NCBI GenBank assembly: GCA_001643675.2
Contig: LSRY02000008.1
Coordinates: 806,001 to 870,000, forward strand
Reading direction: 5' to 3'
DNA: 64,000 nucleotides
Source: Monocercomonoides exilis PA203
Taxonomy: Eukaryota > Protista > Preaxostyla
Shown: one piece after another, positions 24,313 to 38,300 of the stretch
Position numbering within the stretch: position 1 is the first letter of the stretch
How the letters are laid out: each line of letters opens with the position of its first letter
The notes under the pieces: model-generated
Databases searched by the model: none
Told to the model about the DNA's origin: nothing
Seen by the model: only the letters and a program-made list of their open reading frames with translations
Position numbers and translations under genes: made by a program

Positions 24313-25552
24313 AGCAGACATAAATGTCATTGATTCTTTTTAATTCATTGTTTGTTGAACATTTGCAAAATAAAGTTAAAAATGATACACATAAGCTTAT
24401 GAACCTCAAAAACGAGTTTTACAGATAAATCAATTAACTCGAAGGTTGATGTTGCTTATTAGATTCACCTTTCTCCAAATAAATTTTATTATTTTTTTAT
24501 GTAATTTGTCTACCTGTAAAAAAAGATATAAATGAATAAAATCAAGGTTCAATTAAGAATAAGGACTTTGTATTTTATGTTTTGCTTTAGCACAGGCTTG
24601 CAATTTGATATTAAAATTCACATCAATTTGTCGAAAAGATTATGTATTTCAAAAGAAATCATTCCAAAATCAGATGAAGTTGAAGTTTGATGGTTATTCC
24701 AAGGAATTTAATAACTTCATGTTTCAAAAAAAATTGCAGAAGATAATTATTCTGAAATATTGAAATATAATCCATTTAATAATCTTAAAGACTCAATTCA
24801 TTACTAATTTGTAATTAATCATTTATTAGCGTTAATTATTTCATTAAAACAATTCTTTAATATTCTTTTTTTCTTTTTTTTAAAAAAGTTATTATATCTC
24901 AAAAATATTTAAAAATAACCGCATTTTGATCAAATAACTGTTTTCACAAATGAAAACTTTCTATTTTTAATATTTGAACATAGCCAAGTTTTTTTTCCAG
25001 AAATTAAAAAAAAAGATTCATACAAAATATTGGATTAAATATTATCTTTTTTATAAGTAAATAGATTATTCAGAAATAATTTATTTTCAAAAATTGAGAT
25101 AATTACTCAATTCAAAGATTTTTTGTTAAAAGAAAACTCATTATTTATTTTTTATATGCAGAAATAAAATGTGACATGAAATTCGAAAAAATTGTTATCG
25201 TTTGATTATTGTTTTGGTTTTTTAGATAAATTTTAAAAGGATAATTACAAATAATTAAAAAAATAAAGAGTTCAAGACTTAAAAAAAGGATATTTTTGTT
25301 TGGTTGACAATGATTCTCATTAACGTTATTGAATTTGTATTTCGTTATTTGTGTTTATCTAATCTTTTTTTTTTTTCCACAATCACAAAGTTTGTCAATT
25401 GACGAATTATTACGAATATCTTTGATAAACTATTTTCTCGCATATTGAGTTTGTGACTAATATTGTTCATCATTTTGAAACACTTTTTTTAACATTTCGT
25501 TATTGTATCTCGAAAAATCAAAATGTTAATGATATTATTTTGACACTTCATA

Positions 25553-26299
25553 CACCAAAAATAATTCTAATTCGAAAAAAAATAATTCAATTTCGATAAT
25601 TAATAATTCAAATTCGGAATTAATAATTCAAAATCGAAAATGAATATTTCAATTTCGAATTTCATTATAAACCGAAATTTTTAATTTTTCTCGAGAATGG
25701 ATTTCAGAAAAGGAAAAGTTATTTTTTTAACCAATCAAATTTTTTTTCGCATAGAAAACTGTTTTTTAAAAAATGAAACAATCAATAAATCTATTTTTTA
25801 ATTACTTTTTTATTCATTTTCGAAAATCATCACTCAAATAATAATAAATAAATAAAAATTCATTCTATTGAATAATCAAATAAAAATTACAAAAAAAATA
25901 ATCACGATTATTGAATTATTTCTTCACAATAATGTGTTTGTTTCATTCTCAAAATTTTGAATATCATCGGTTTTAAACATGAAAATGTATTTCTTTCCTT
26001 TTCAAATTAACTTCAATCAATAAATCTTCATTCAGAATGAAAGAAAATTTTTTAATGAAAATGCATCATTTTTCAAATATTGATAAACAAAATTTGCTGA
26101 TGAGATAGAAATTAAAAGAATTTAAAACCCAAAACACAAGTTATTCATTCCACAAATTAAAAAAATTCACATTTCGAAATCGAATTATTTTTTTTCGATT
26201 TTGAATTATTAATTCCGAATTTGAATTATTTTTTTTCGAAATTGAAATATTAATTACGAAATTGAATTATTTTTTTTCGAATTAGAATTATTTTTGGTG
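25553..26299 (+). mobile_element. ~750-bp MITE with CACCAAAAAT...ATTTTTGGTG termini, TA-flanked, with ~20-bp subterminal tandem repeats
   Basis: ta|caccaaaaataatt ... aattatttttggtg|ta, with repeated ATAATTCAATTTCG-like units. An inverted homolog lies at 51611..52259. Confidence 0.85.
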
Positions 26300-27700
26300 T
26301 ATCTTCCAAGAATAAGTGCAAGCGTTTGTTTCCCAGTTGTGACGGACACACAAAAAAACTTTATGCTTGTTTCTTGCTTTTTCCTTTTTTCGAAAGCAAC
26401 AGTCACATCCGTTTATCTTTATCAAGTCTTTCCTTCTTTATCAAACGGTGCTACGAAATCTCTTCCTTCTTCGCTGCTCCATAAATGTTTTTTTTTCAAC
26501 TCTTTCACCCTCAGTTTCGGTGAGACTCTCACCTGAAGCCGAGGGGTGTATGGGAGGAAGTGCCTATTGATTGAGGCACTTCCTATCTCATCTGTTGATG
26601 AGTTAAATCTTTTTTTGAACAAAGAGATTAGCTCATCAACAGATGAGATGTCCTCGCTTGAGTTCCGTGTTTCTCTCGAGAGGACCCCAAATTCTTCATC
26701 CACTTCGCTTTTTCCGTGACCTTCAGTAAAGAAGGAAAGCGAAATGGATGAGTATTTTTTGAAGATTTTTGATGAAGGATGGAGAAGAAAATGCAGAAAA
26801 GAGCCATTCCTGAAATGGGGACCGCAGCCGGTCCATGGTTTGAGCGATCTGTTAAAAAATGATGATTGATGAATGAGTTCAAGTGCATTTTCAATACAGT
26901 CAATAGAATATCGACTGTCCTTTGAAAGCACTTTTGAAAAAAAGTGGAAACTTGATTTATAATAAACCTTGTGTTATGATTGATAAATAACAACTCTCAG
27001 ATGAGATATTTCTTTCTTTTCGTAGTAATTTCGTGATATTTGAGACTTACAAAACGGAAGAGTCCACTTTTGTTTTGTAATCCAACAATATTAGAATCTC
27101 ATTCTCCCTTTGCTTATCAAAATTATTGTTAAACTTTTCCTTTTCCTTTATTTGGTTAATTTCGAACTTATTTGAAATTCGTTACACTTCCTTTTCATAA
27201 TCTGTTAGTTCATTTGTTTTTATTTCTATTTCCAAACTATTTTTTCGATAACACATTTTGCATGTATCTGTTCTATTTTTTGCTTTCTTTATGTATTAAA
27301 TCATTTTTCAAGAATGAGAAAAACTTCTAATTAGACATGTTTCTTTTCTCAAATTTTTCCAAAGTTCATATTTTGTTGGAAAAGAAAATTCTTTCTTCAT
27401 TCTTAAAAAAAATATTATACATCTATTTCTTTCTTCATATTTTCCTTTCTGTTGAAACAAATGTATTCTAATTTTTTTCTGTATTTTATATGTTCTTCTT
27501 GTGTTGTTTGTGCAGCTGTTTCCGAAGAGGCAGATATTGCAGATTATGCAGATAAAGCAACTGAGGCAGCTGAGGTGGATGAAGCAGATGATAAATTAAT
27601 GTTAAATTTTCCTCAAATTGTTTTTCGTATATGATCATGTCCAACACATGGAAATTTTTAAATGTTCGTATGTGGTGCAGAATTTTGAATTCTTTCCAAT
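26300..27700 (-). mobile_element. Sola2-like DDD transposase pseudogene (copy 1)
   Basis: ORF 26422..26931: LSKDS...WTGCGPHFRN...FFTEGHGKSEVDEEFG, resembling the SDG..QxKN / HGKG..DG signature I associate with Sola2. The superfamily call is from memory of motifs. Confidence 0.55.
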
Positions 27701-27874
27701 CTTGTGAATTGTTATTTATCATCGAAGAACATAAAGTCAATAAATGATTTCATTGAATAAATCAAAACAGTCGATTATTTCTGAATAAGCAGATATAAAT
27801 GTTTCAATAAAAATTTTCATTAACAACAAATCATTTTTTGGATTGAATACAACAATGGAAAATTCACTTCCATT

Positions 27875-29220
27875 GAAAAAATATCCTAATAGTAATTACA
27901 GAACATGTTCGAAAAGTATCTAGGTCTGTTCTTTATGTTTGTTAGCAAGTCAACAATGACAAACTGTTTCGACGAACGAACCAACCTTCTCCTGTGCCAT
28001 TTAACAGATATTGTTTATAAGCTCTATCATTTTCATCATACACTTCATCATTAAATAAATCGGGACTTATCATTTCATCTGATTCATAAGCATGGACAAT
28101 TCCATTTCATTTTAATTTTATTAACCATAATTTTTGTTTTCCACAAATACAACAAGATGAATATTAATATTCACATTGTCTAAACACAACAGAATCACCT
28201 CTTCAAATTTGGAAGAATTTTCTCAAGAATTTTCTTTCGAAAATAACATTCTGACAACCAATCATTCTATTCAATCTCTTTGTTGATCAACCATTCATGC
28301 ACCATAGGTGAATTCTTTGAGCATATTTGTCAGTTTGGACAATTCGAAAGTCATCTATTCGAATAATAACTTTCGTCCATCATTTCAGAATAAAAAGACC
28401 AGCAATTCAACAAGTTTTTCTTTTTCTTTTTCTCGTCTGAAATCTTGCACAATGCATTCTTCAAATCAAACAAACACTTCAAAGCCCTTGACAGGGATTA
28501 TTAACTTCCCCAAATCAAAACTTTTTAAGAAATTTAAAGAATAGAACATCAAAATGTAAAAAAACGTTTTTTGCAAAAGAACAACCCACCTGCAAAAACC
28601 AAACGACGTACCGACTTGTGCGATTTGTGCCAGAAATTTGATGAGTAGAAAAAATAGAAGGAGACGTTTTAAACTCAAGGAAAGGCAATATAAGCAGAAG
28701 AAAATGAAGCCATGAAGCTAATTGAAAGTCATAAACAATTGGCTCATAATCAGCAAATGCATTTTCGTTATCTGAAGCAAAACTAAAAAAGAAATGAAGC
28801 GTTAACAATATTTGACTTCAAGAAGAATTGGAAAATCCCTTTGAAACAAAAGAGTATTCATAGACTTTTTGACAATAAACAAGAAATTTCTCACTTATGA
28901 ATCATAGCATTTTTTGTTGACAAAAACAATCTACATTCAAAGAATGTTTTCATTTTCTTTTCTGATAATTTATCTCATGATTATCGTTTCATTATTGAGT
29001 GCCTTGAAAAGGTTAAAATGTCCCATTTATCAAACAGAAAGACATATTTAATTTTGTGTGCGATACTGGGACTAACTTCAGGAATTCAAAACTCCTTCAT
29101 TATCATCTTTCGGATTCAATTTCATCAATTCAGGGAAAGCATTCCAATTTATCGTTTATTTGTGAAAAGCACGGGAAGTGAGAATGTGATGAAGAATTTT
29201 GTTTATATATAAGATGTGTG
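27875..29220 (+). mobile_element. Sola2-like DDD transposase pseudogene (copy 2)
   Basis: CAIC (~28617), FDFKKNWKIP (~28811), SDNLSHD (~28961), CDTGTNFRN (~29059), CEKHGK*ECDEEF (~29161). Paralogous to ORF 26422..26931. Confidence 0.55.
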
Positions 29221-29292
29221 AAATAAAACTTGGGTGAATATAAACAAGTCAACAAATAAAAATTACTTATAATTTTTATTGTTAACTTGTTT

Positions 29293-29510
29293 TTGTTTAA
29301 TTTTCAATAAAAATAAACACTCGAAATTTCGATCAAATTTCTGTTCCCAATCAGAAAAATTTATAAAAATGGAAACAACAACATTGTCAAGATTTTGTTT
29401 TCATAAAAGCGAAATATAGTGAGTGGAAACAGAAATTTGATTGAAATAGGAAATTTTTGCATTATTTGTAAATCAAACAAATGGAACTTTTCAAAAAAAT
29501 TTTGACATAT
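29293..29510 (-). mobile_element. hairpin family 1 MITE, inverted, one end truncated
   Basis: Reverse complement of 17430..~17650, near-identical over ~180 bp. Confidence 0.9.
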
Positions 29511-31997
29511 CTTTAAAATTTTCCTCTGGAAATTTCTTTCATTCTTTCTCTACAGAAGTCATTATTAAAATTATTGTTAATTGTTAAAAAATGTGTAAAC
29601 ATAGGTTTTTTGTTATTTATCGTTAAAGGCATTTCATTACTAATTAATTTTTTCAATTTATTTTTCAGTAATCATTAATCTTCTTCTCTGCAATACTTTG
29701 AAACAGCGATTTTTTTAATAGTATACAAAAATTCAATTTCTCCATTTCCTCTTGTTAAAAAATGGAAATAATATTTTCATTCTTTAATTATCTCCATTTA
29801 AACAAATATTTTCTAAAGTTAAAACAAATAAATAAAAAATTAGAAAAATAATTAAAAAAAAATATGCAACAAATCAATTAAAATCCATAATATCAATACA
29901 GAAAAAATATCAAATATAACTGACAAAAAAATTTTCAAAACTAACCTTCTACTATTAAGTGGAGAATGAAATATCACACTTTAATGTTAATTACAAATGA
30001 ATTTTTATTATTGAGTCCCTGAATAAATATTCGAACAATCATAATAACGATTATCAGTTCAAATTATAATCTATTATTGATAAAATCGATAATATATCTA
30101 GAATTTGGTTTTTTCGATCATTAATATTAAAATTTAAAAAATTTCATATTTAAATCACTATATGTGACGATTCAATTTTGATTTTTTAAATAATTAAATA
30201 AAAAATTTAGCAAATTTGATTAATTGAAGAAATTCATTTTTTTATTTAAAAAATCTGAATTTCTTAATCATAATTTAAATTTTCTTTTATAGTTATTTGA
30301 AAAAGTAAATAAATAATTTATTTTTGTAATGGGTAAATTTTCATTTTGAATAATTTTTGGTGTTTGAATAAGAAATAAAATTTAATAATATGATAATAAA
30401 TTAGTTTTCAAATATTGACATTTTTTAATGAAATAATTGGATTTTAAATAATAATAATGTGGAGAGATAAAGAAATAAAAGAAATGGATGAAGATGAAAA
30501 TGAAAAATATAGGGTCATATTACCCATAACTTTATCACACATCTTTCTCCATTCATTAAACACAACTGATCCGAGAAAGACAAATAGATGCCACTTCAAA
30601 ATAATCACATTCTATTGGGTATCTGATGGGATATGTTTTTCATTTTTGTTTTCTTCCTCTTTCCCTCCTTTTTCTTTTTATTCTCACACTTTGTTATCTT
30701 TTTCATCATCATCCACTTCTTCAAATTAAGCACTCTCTATTTCATTAAATATTTTATTCTAATGTAGTTTTCTTCGAGTTCCTTGTTGTCTTTTCCTCCT
30801 TTTTTTAATTCTCCATTTTTTCGCAATTCTCCTTATATCCCCTCTGATTCGTTTCCTTTTTCTTCAAACAAAAGCAATCCATTTTCAGATTTTCAGTATT
30901 TATCTCTCTTCCATAAAATAGAAACAAAAACATCTTCAAAATTTTTTTACATCAGTCTGATTCCAAAATACGGGAATCTTGATTATCACATCACTTTGTT
31001 TTAATTTCAAAGGCAACACATTGACTTTTTTTGAATAATTTTTATCACTCTTCACTTCTTTTGATTTGACTTCTCAATTATCACAAACCATTTTTTACAA
31101 GCACATTCCTTCATTTCTCCTTTATCAATACTGTCTGCACCAATCACTTATCTCATTTCAATGATCCTATCTCAATCATTTTTTTTTATTTTTGAAGACC
31201 CATCACAAAAAAACACTTATTCTTCTTTCTTGTGAAGTTGTTCATCTCCAGCAAACTTATCTGCAAAAGTAACTGATGAAAATGAAGCAGTGCTGTGAAC
31301 ATCCACAAATCCAGTCTTTTCCTGCCCTGCTTGAGATATTTTTTTTGTGCCTCAACAGTTATATTTTTCTTGGTTAAATTGATTGAACTGTTGAAAAAGA
31401 GAAAGAAAATTTTCGAATAGGGATATGAATATTTTGAACTGGAGATGATATGTGTAAAGAAATGTGATAAGGTTTAGAAATAAATGCTTTTTTAAATGTT
31501 GCTGGAAAACAGAAAAAGAACAACTTTTATTCACATTATCATAACTAATCAGAAATGAAAATGATGATTGGGTGAAAATTTTTGAAAAATCACTTTTTTT
31601 TTCCCTGATCTGTCCCACAATAAAAAATAGTCTGATTTATGTTTTCCTTAATTATTTCTTTTTTTATTTATATGCTCTTATATTCCCTTTATTAGATTTT
31701 GACATCTTTATTCTTGAAAATTTCATTGTTATCATTCACTTTATGATGCAATATTTAAATGCAATTAAAGTATTTCTTTTTATTTCACTGAAACGCATTC
31801 AACTTTAATTTTCTTTTTATAACTTTTTCAATTGTCTGAATTTTGCTTATCAATTATTTGATTTTTAACAATAATTATCAGAGCAATCTCATTATGCAAA
31901 TAAATTATAATATATGTTTGCTTTCTATCAGTTAATTTTGTAATGATTTATTTTTATTATTATACCACTATGACACTTTCAATAAATTAAAAATCAC

Positions 31998-32408
31998 ATA
32001 TTGTTAGTGTTAATTATGGTTGACACTTTCAATAACTGTGGACAGTGGAATTATCTCAACAACCGTTGAAAGTTGCTTTTTGAAAATTAACCGAATAATT
32101 CTCCCAATGAATACAAACTGTTAAGACATACGGAAATGAAACAACTTGCTCTGCAGAATTTTGAAAAAAACATTTTTAATTTTCGGAGAAAATTTGAGAA
32201 TTTAATTTCTTTGGGTTTCTCTGTAAATAAAAAATACTTTTTATAAAATATCACATCGTTGGATAAGTGATATTAACGATTCATATCGGTTCATATTCAA
32301 TGAAGGAATAATTGGGTTAATTATCTAAATACAACTTTCAATGGTTGTTGATATAATGCAACTGTCCACAGTTGTTGATGGTGTCCACCATTGTAAACAC
32401 TAACTATA
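31998..32408 (+). mobile_element. ~410-bp MITE (family 2) with ~110-bp imperfect TIRs
   Basis: gttagtgtt...aactgtggacagt...caacaacc.ttgaaagttg pairs with caactttcaatggttgttga...actgtccacagtt...aacactaac. A near-identical inverted copy lies at 39101..39511. Confidence 0.9.
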
Positions 32409-32649
32409 TAAGAATGAAAAATAGTTATTCAGTTCAATAAAAGAGATGCAATTGTCAATAAAAGTTTTTTTTTTTTATGAAAAAATAAAAAAATAATTAT
32501 GATCGATATGAAGCGTCCATTTTTTTTTCGTTGAAGAATTCATTCACAGAGAAAAAGTTAATGAATCACAATTTTTTTATTTCTCTTATCATTCATAATT
32601 CTGTAATTTGATAAGTTAATTTTTTCATTTTTTATCTTCTTCAACACAT

Positions 32650-33330
32650 ACCGTACATTGATCTGCCATTTCATTCCACACACGAGAAGTGAAGAGAAAA
32701 ATGTGGCAAGGAAAGAGGAGTCATTTCAATCATCATTGCTTCAAATCAACTTTTCAAACATTCATGAAGCAATTATGGACGACTCAGAGAAGTAGTTGCG
32801 GGCTGAGGTGGTTTAGGCAATAATAGTGAATGAAAGACAAAAAAAGCCGAAACTGAAGGAGAAATAGACGAGCCATTGAAATGTTTGGAAAATGATACGG
32901 AATTTTCATTGTCACTTTCAGTTTCACTGGGCAAGCTTCTTTGATCGCTTGCGGCGTCGATGTTAAGGAATCGGAGGAGGAAGTGTCTTTTTCATAGAGG
33001 ATGCTAATGCGTTAATGGGGGTTATAATCTATTTGATCCGTAGCTGCTTCCGTTGGTGAAAGAGCTGATGAGATCTCGATATCAGCAGTTACGGTATGTG
33101 ATGGGGAAGCTGAATTAAGAAGTGATATGGTTTGTGGATGCAGTGTGTGAAGTGGAGGAGATGATGAAAACGGGTTGTCGGCGGAGGTGCTAAGTTTATC
33201 ATAAGTGGCGATGCTGCCTGTCGCTATTGCTCCTGCAACGCCGGAGGAGAGAAAAGAAGAAGAGGAAGAGGAGAAAGGAGGAAAAGAGGAAGAAGGAAAA
33301 AGAAGGAGGAGGAGAAGAGGTGATCCTAGT
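32650..33330 (-). pseudogene. Ser/Pro-rich host-like exon fragment
   Basis: Minus frame SSSSSSFLSSGVAGAIATGSIATYDKLSTSADNPF... with stops. It ends at a GTATGT donor-like site near 32652. Confidence 0.4.
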
Positions 33331-33339
33331 TCAATTTGC

Positions 33340-34306
33340 TACTTTAAATGATCTGTGATTACGAGTAGATGTCGAAGCGGAAGAGCGGGCTGGTGAAGCA
33401 GCTGCAAGAGAAGGATTGGATCATATTTATGCAGGAGAGGAAGATTTTGAAGCTGAGTGAGAAGCACAACGCATAAATGAAAAAAATGAAGCAGGTGAAG
33501 GAGCTGGTGGAGAATGTTTGGTTGAAGGAATTTAGCGGGAGCAGGGAAGGCGGGGCAGAGGTGAAAGGTGAGAAATGGAGGTATTGTGCGAGGAGGAGGA
33601 AGAACAGAAGTGGATATAACGAAAACGAGTTTGCAGAGGAGGTTGAGAAAGAAGATAAAAGAAATACCAGCGAGCTGTATAGTATTCCTCCGTTGCGCTT
33701 GAGGAATTGTAGAGAAACAGGAGGCATGAACATAGACTTCAGTTCCAATAGGAGGAAAGGAAAAAGAAGGAAGGACTGCATTTGAGCAGCCGTTTGGAGA
33801 AAAACATGAGTCGCAGGAGAAGGGCGAGGTGGCGAAGTGTGCGATGATGAACTTTATGGAGCTGTTCATGAACGATTTTGATGAGGAGTTTCTGCTTTGG
33901 AAGTTTGTGCAGAAGGATTTCATGCAAGGAAAGATGTCGTTATCCCTGCTCAGCTTTACTGTGAAGTTTGAAGTGGAACTACCAAAGTGACTGATGGAAG
34001 ATAGAAAAAACTTTCTGAAGGAGTCGTTACCAATTTGTGGTTGGTGCATCAGCACAGTGCATGAAGGGGCTTCGGAGTAAAATTTCAAGATATTTTTTGG
34101 AAAATCTTTACTGATGAAGTAGGAGAATAGGGAGGGTGATGCGTCTGTTGTTCAGAGGCTTTTGTCAAATAACAACTGAGAAGAGGCATCGAAGTGAAAA
34201 AAGGTGAGAAAGACGCTGTGTGATGCGATATACAGTAGTGATCCATCAATTTCATCTTTATCTGTTGCAACGTGCAAAAAGATCACGTGCTAAGAGCTGA
34301 TATCTA

Positions 34307-34357
<51 letters not shown>

Positions 34358-34783
34358 CCGAAGATTCAACAAGCGCTTTCGCAACAATTCTTCTGAGATG
34401 AATCCCATATATCAAGGTGCTGTCCGAAATCATTTGAGTATGCGCAGGAAAAAAATAATCTCAGCTTCTTTTTCAAATTGCGCTTGACCTATACATATCC
34501 GTGCCATGTTTCAGACAGGTAAGCTCCTCTATCTCGGTCTGAGAATAAAAAAGTTGTGTAGAATATGAGCAGACTCTTTGTGCTGTTGAAGTTTTTGTTT
34601 GACAAAAGAGTGTTAACGCTTTCGGTGTTGTCTACAAGAGTGACGCTGGAAGAGCTGATGGGGCTGCAGCAGGTGAGGAACAATGTGGAAGTGGTGATCT
34701 GCTTTGGACTCCTGCTGAGGGATGTTCAGAGTGTGGTGCAGTTTCAAGAAGCAATGGCGCGGCAGAAAGAGGGAGAAGGGTGA
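33340..34783 (+). pseudogene. GC-richer fragments of unidentified gene(s), with a (GT)n tract at ~34310..34352
   Basis: Charged plus-strand frames (33477..33785, 34565..34783) broken by stops and frameshifts. Confidence 0.35.
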
Positions 34784-35530
34784 GATATCTTGGCTTCTTT
34801 TTCTTTCACTTCTTTTCTATTTTTTATTTCTCTCCCTATTTATTTCTCCCTCTTTTTTCCCACTTCTCAAAGCTTATCTTCAAATTTCTTTTCTTCATTT
34901 TTTAACAACCTATTTTCTCTTTCAATCCTTTTTCATAATCTTCTTTTTTTTCTTATCAACAGAATTTCTTTTCTTTCTCTCTATTATTTGTTAGATATCT
35001 TTAACATTCATTTCATTTATATTTTGAGGCTGCTCATTCTTCCGTGCGTACAAATAAGTATTATCTTCCAATTTCTTAAAGGAGAACAATATGCACTCTT
35101 TCTGCATTCCTTGTTCATTCATTGCTATTGAACACTCTCACAAAAATCCTTGTTTCACAAAAATAAATTATATATGATAACATACAGTGATAAAAATGAA
35201 ACCTATGACTTTTATACGAATTATCTTTGCTAACTTTCTTCTCCTCCAAATATCGTTCCTTTCTTCCTATTAATTCCGTCTTTCACTCCTTCGCTTCATC
35301 TTTGCTCCCAAAAATCGTTTATTCACAATCCTTGTTACTGCTTCCACTTAAATAATAACCACAAAGTCCTTTTTTTTATTGAAAAAAAAATGAGGAAGAA
35401 GAGGAAGATGCTGATGATTACAATTTCTAACTATTTTGTTGATTGTTGTTGAACAAATTGACGCTTGAGATGAAGATTGAAACTCTTTGTATATAAAATG
35501 GAGATGAAGATTTTTTGGGGAAAATTAAAG

Positions 35531-35778
35531 ATATGTCAAAATTTTTTTGAAAAGTTCCATTTGTTTGATTTACAAATAATGCAAAAATTTCCTATTTCGA
35601 TCAAATTTCTGTTTCCACTCACTATATTTCGCTTTTATGAAAACAAAATCTTGACAATGTTGTAGTTTCCATTTTTATAAATTTTTCTGATTGGGAACAG
35701 AAATTTGATCTAAATTTGAAAATTGTATTTTATTTGAAAATTAAACAAATGGAATATTTTAAAAAAATTTCGACATAT
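35531..35778 (+). mobile_element. 248-bp palindromic MITE (hairpin family 1)
   Basis: Near-identical to 17430..17677. Confidence 0.9.
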
Positions 35779-36277
35779 CCATTATTAATGAAGATTTATC
35801 TGCCATAAAAAAAAAATGGCGAAGGCAAATGGAAAACGACAAATGAATCAATCCATATGAAATATATAAAATGCAAAAAATAAGTTATTAAAATAAACTG
35901 AAACACACTTCATTTGCTGTTCTGTTGAAAAGCACTCTATCCTTAGAAAATTCTGTGAATAGGGTTCCTTCCAAATTTCTATCTTCTTGCATTCGTTTGT
36001 GTCAATAAAATCATAATAAATTTTGATCTGAATAATGAAATAAATATTCAATTTTTATTTATGTCTTCAAACATAATTATGGTGGATTCAAATGTAAATT
36101 TTTTCATCGAAAAATGGAACTTAAAGCATTTAAAAGGAAAAAAGATATAAATAGAAATATAATTATGGAATTTTTTTGATCTGTGGTGATTTTTCAAAAA
36201 TTTTCTCCCAATTATAAAATAAATTTATTTATGTTTTTTTAAAAAAAGCCGTTCAAAATCTTCTTCTTCTTCTTCTT

Positions 36278-36319
<42 letters not shown>

Positions 36320-36559
36320 AACGTTTTCTTTTTCAATTCTTCAAGCCCTGGAAAATGATTTTTTACAAAAGTATTCGCCACAGTGAGATAAGATTTGATA
36401 ATATGCAAACGTTGAGTGAATTTTATGAATTACACTTTTTCCATTCATGTTTGTGTTACCTATGTTTTTTTGTGATTAGATCTAACATTTAACAACTTTT
36501 GACTTTTTAAAAAACATTAAAAACAAAAACATAATACATTCAATTATGTCTATTATCTG

Positions 36560-38300
36560 ACTGAACAACAAAACTTTGAAAAGTCTCCAGAAAACTGCCA
36601 ACCATCCTGCTATGCTAATCTTCAAACACTGAGTCAAAAATACTGAACATTGTTATTTTCTTCCAATTCGAAACTACGTGAAAAAAAATCTTTCAGTTGA
36701 TTCAAAAGAACAACATCAATTCACATAGTTGTAATCAACATGTTCCCACCGCAATTCATGAAAGTCATTAAGTTGAATAAGAATATTCCTCATCCTCATC
36801 CATCAAATTTCAACTTTTTTTGATTACGAAATTATTTATCTTCTTTTCTTTTCTCGAATAACTTTCTTTTTCAATAGCATTTTGTTCATAAGTGTATTTT
36901 GAAAATTCTTCATCAATTGCTTTGTTTTTTGCACATAACAAGCAGAATAAATCTTCATCATACTCTTCATCTGATTCGTCCGGGCTGCTTTTCCATCTCC
37001 ATTGACAGTTTGCTTGTTCGAAGAGTTTCAAAGTATTTCAATAAATCTATTAAAACATTATTTGAGCTTTTTTGAAAATTTTGCATTGTTTCGCTAAAAG
37101 CAGTCGCAGACAATAAAGAAACTGAAGATTGCAATGAAGATGGAGAAATTGAGCCGGATAAATCGTTTGTGAATGAACTCTGGATGTGTTCACCCAAAAT
37201 GCTTTCACTTGCACATGTTGATGTGGCAGAAGAAGAAAAACTCGAAGATAATTCATATTCAGCAGAAGGAGAAGATTCCAAAAATTGAAAATGAATGAAA
37301 AACAAATTTATCAAAAGAAATGCCTCCTTTTTTTTTGTGCTGTTTTTCCCTTCAAAGTTTTCACAACTCTTGGATCCAAAATAAAACAGCTGTTTCGATA
37401 GTTTTAACTCCTTGTGGTTTCAGAATATTTGATTTAGCATCCAAACTTATTCTATTCTCTGTTAACGTGTTGTAAAAAAATAAAACAGGAATATCTGTGT
37501 GGGAGTTCTGTCAATTCTATACACAAAATATTTTAACAGATAAGATAGAATAATATGCTGTGAATGTAGAAATCACATCCAGAAAGATATCACTCAGTTT
37601 TGTAACATTTTTTTCAAATGATAAATGAGGAATTGAAGTGGTAATAATAGAATTGCTGTAAAAGCTATTGATATAAGTTCCTCGTTATTCAACAGGCGTT
37701 ACTTTTTGATCGTGTTTGCATGTATTCGAATGAATGAACATATTTGATACAAAGCAAGCCATTTAATGCTAATGTATGTTGAGAATATTTTTTGAAGTTT
37801 TTATTTGGGTTAGAAGATAAATGAGCTTCTTAACAAAAATGTTAAATGATGTTTTTTATTTTCGACAGCGTTGAATTTTCTGAAAATGAATGAACAATAA
37901 CAAGATTGACAAGATGATTGAGACAATATATGACAATTGGTTTTTGTTCCTTTTCCACGATGGATATAACCAATGAATTTTTATGATCATGACATGAGAG
38001 TTTGTTCAATGTTATCATTTGTGATTTTAGTCCATCAACACAAAAGCCTCAGACCACTGCTCCAATGGAATGAAGATCAACAATTATTGAACTGCACAAA
38101 TTGTGGAAATCATCTTTGTGTTTGACATCTATTGAAAAATTTCCAAAATAATGGAATTGATTTTGGAAATAATGAAACAATACAGATTACCATGTTTTTT
38201 TTCCCTATAATAATTGTACCGTCCATAATAACACAAACAGGTTGATTTGCGACTGATTAATACAGTCTACTCATTTGTGAGATTACTTGCTTTTTTAGCA
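36560..38300 (-). mobile_element. hAT-superfamily transposase pseudogene
   Basis: Motifs in hAT order on the minus strand: CVIMDGT (~38217-38240), IGAVV (~38055), SCHDHKNSL (CxxH, ~37975-37998), SIKWLAL (TRW-like, ~37755), SFESTERFFS (dimerisation domain, ~36680-36710). Confidence 0.7.

Noticed and set aside
25553-25660. CRISPR-like array from ~20-bp repeats
   Set aside because: Repeats are abutting without unique spacers and mirror the other end of a MITE. No cas genes are present.
30500-31340. Possible decayed coding fragments here and at 35850-36130, 40200-40690, 45400-45900, 60400-60720 and 63560-63960
   Set aside because: Coding-like composition, but no motif I can assign with confidence.
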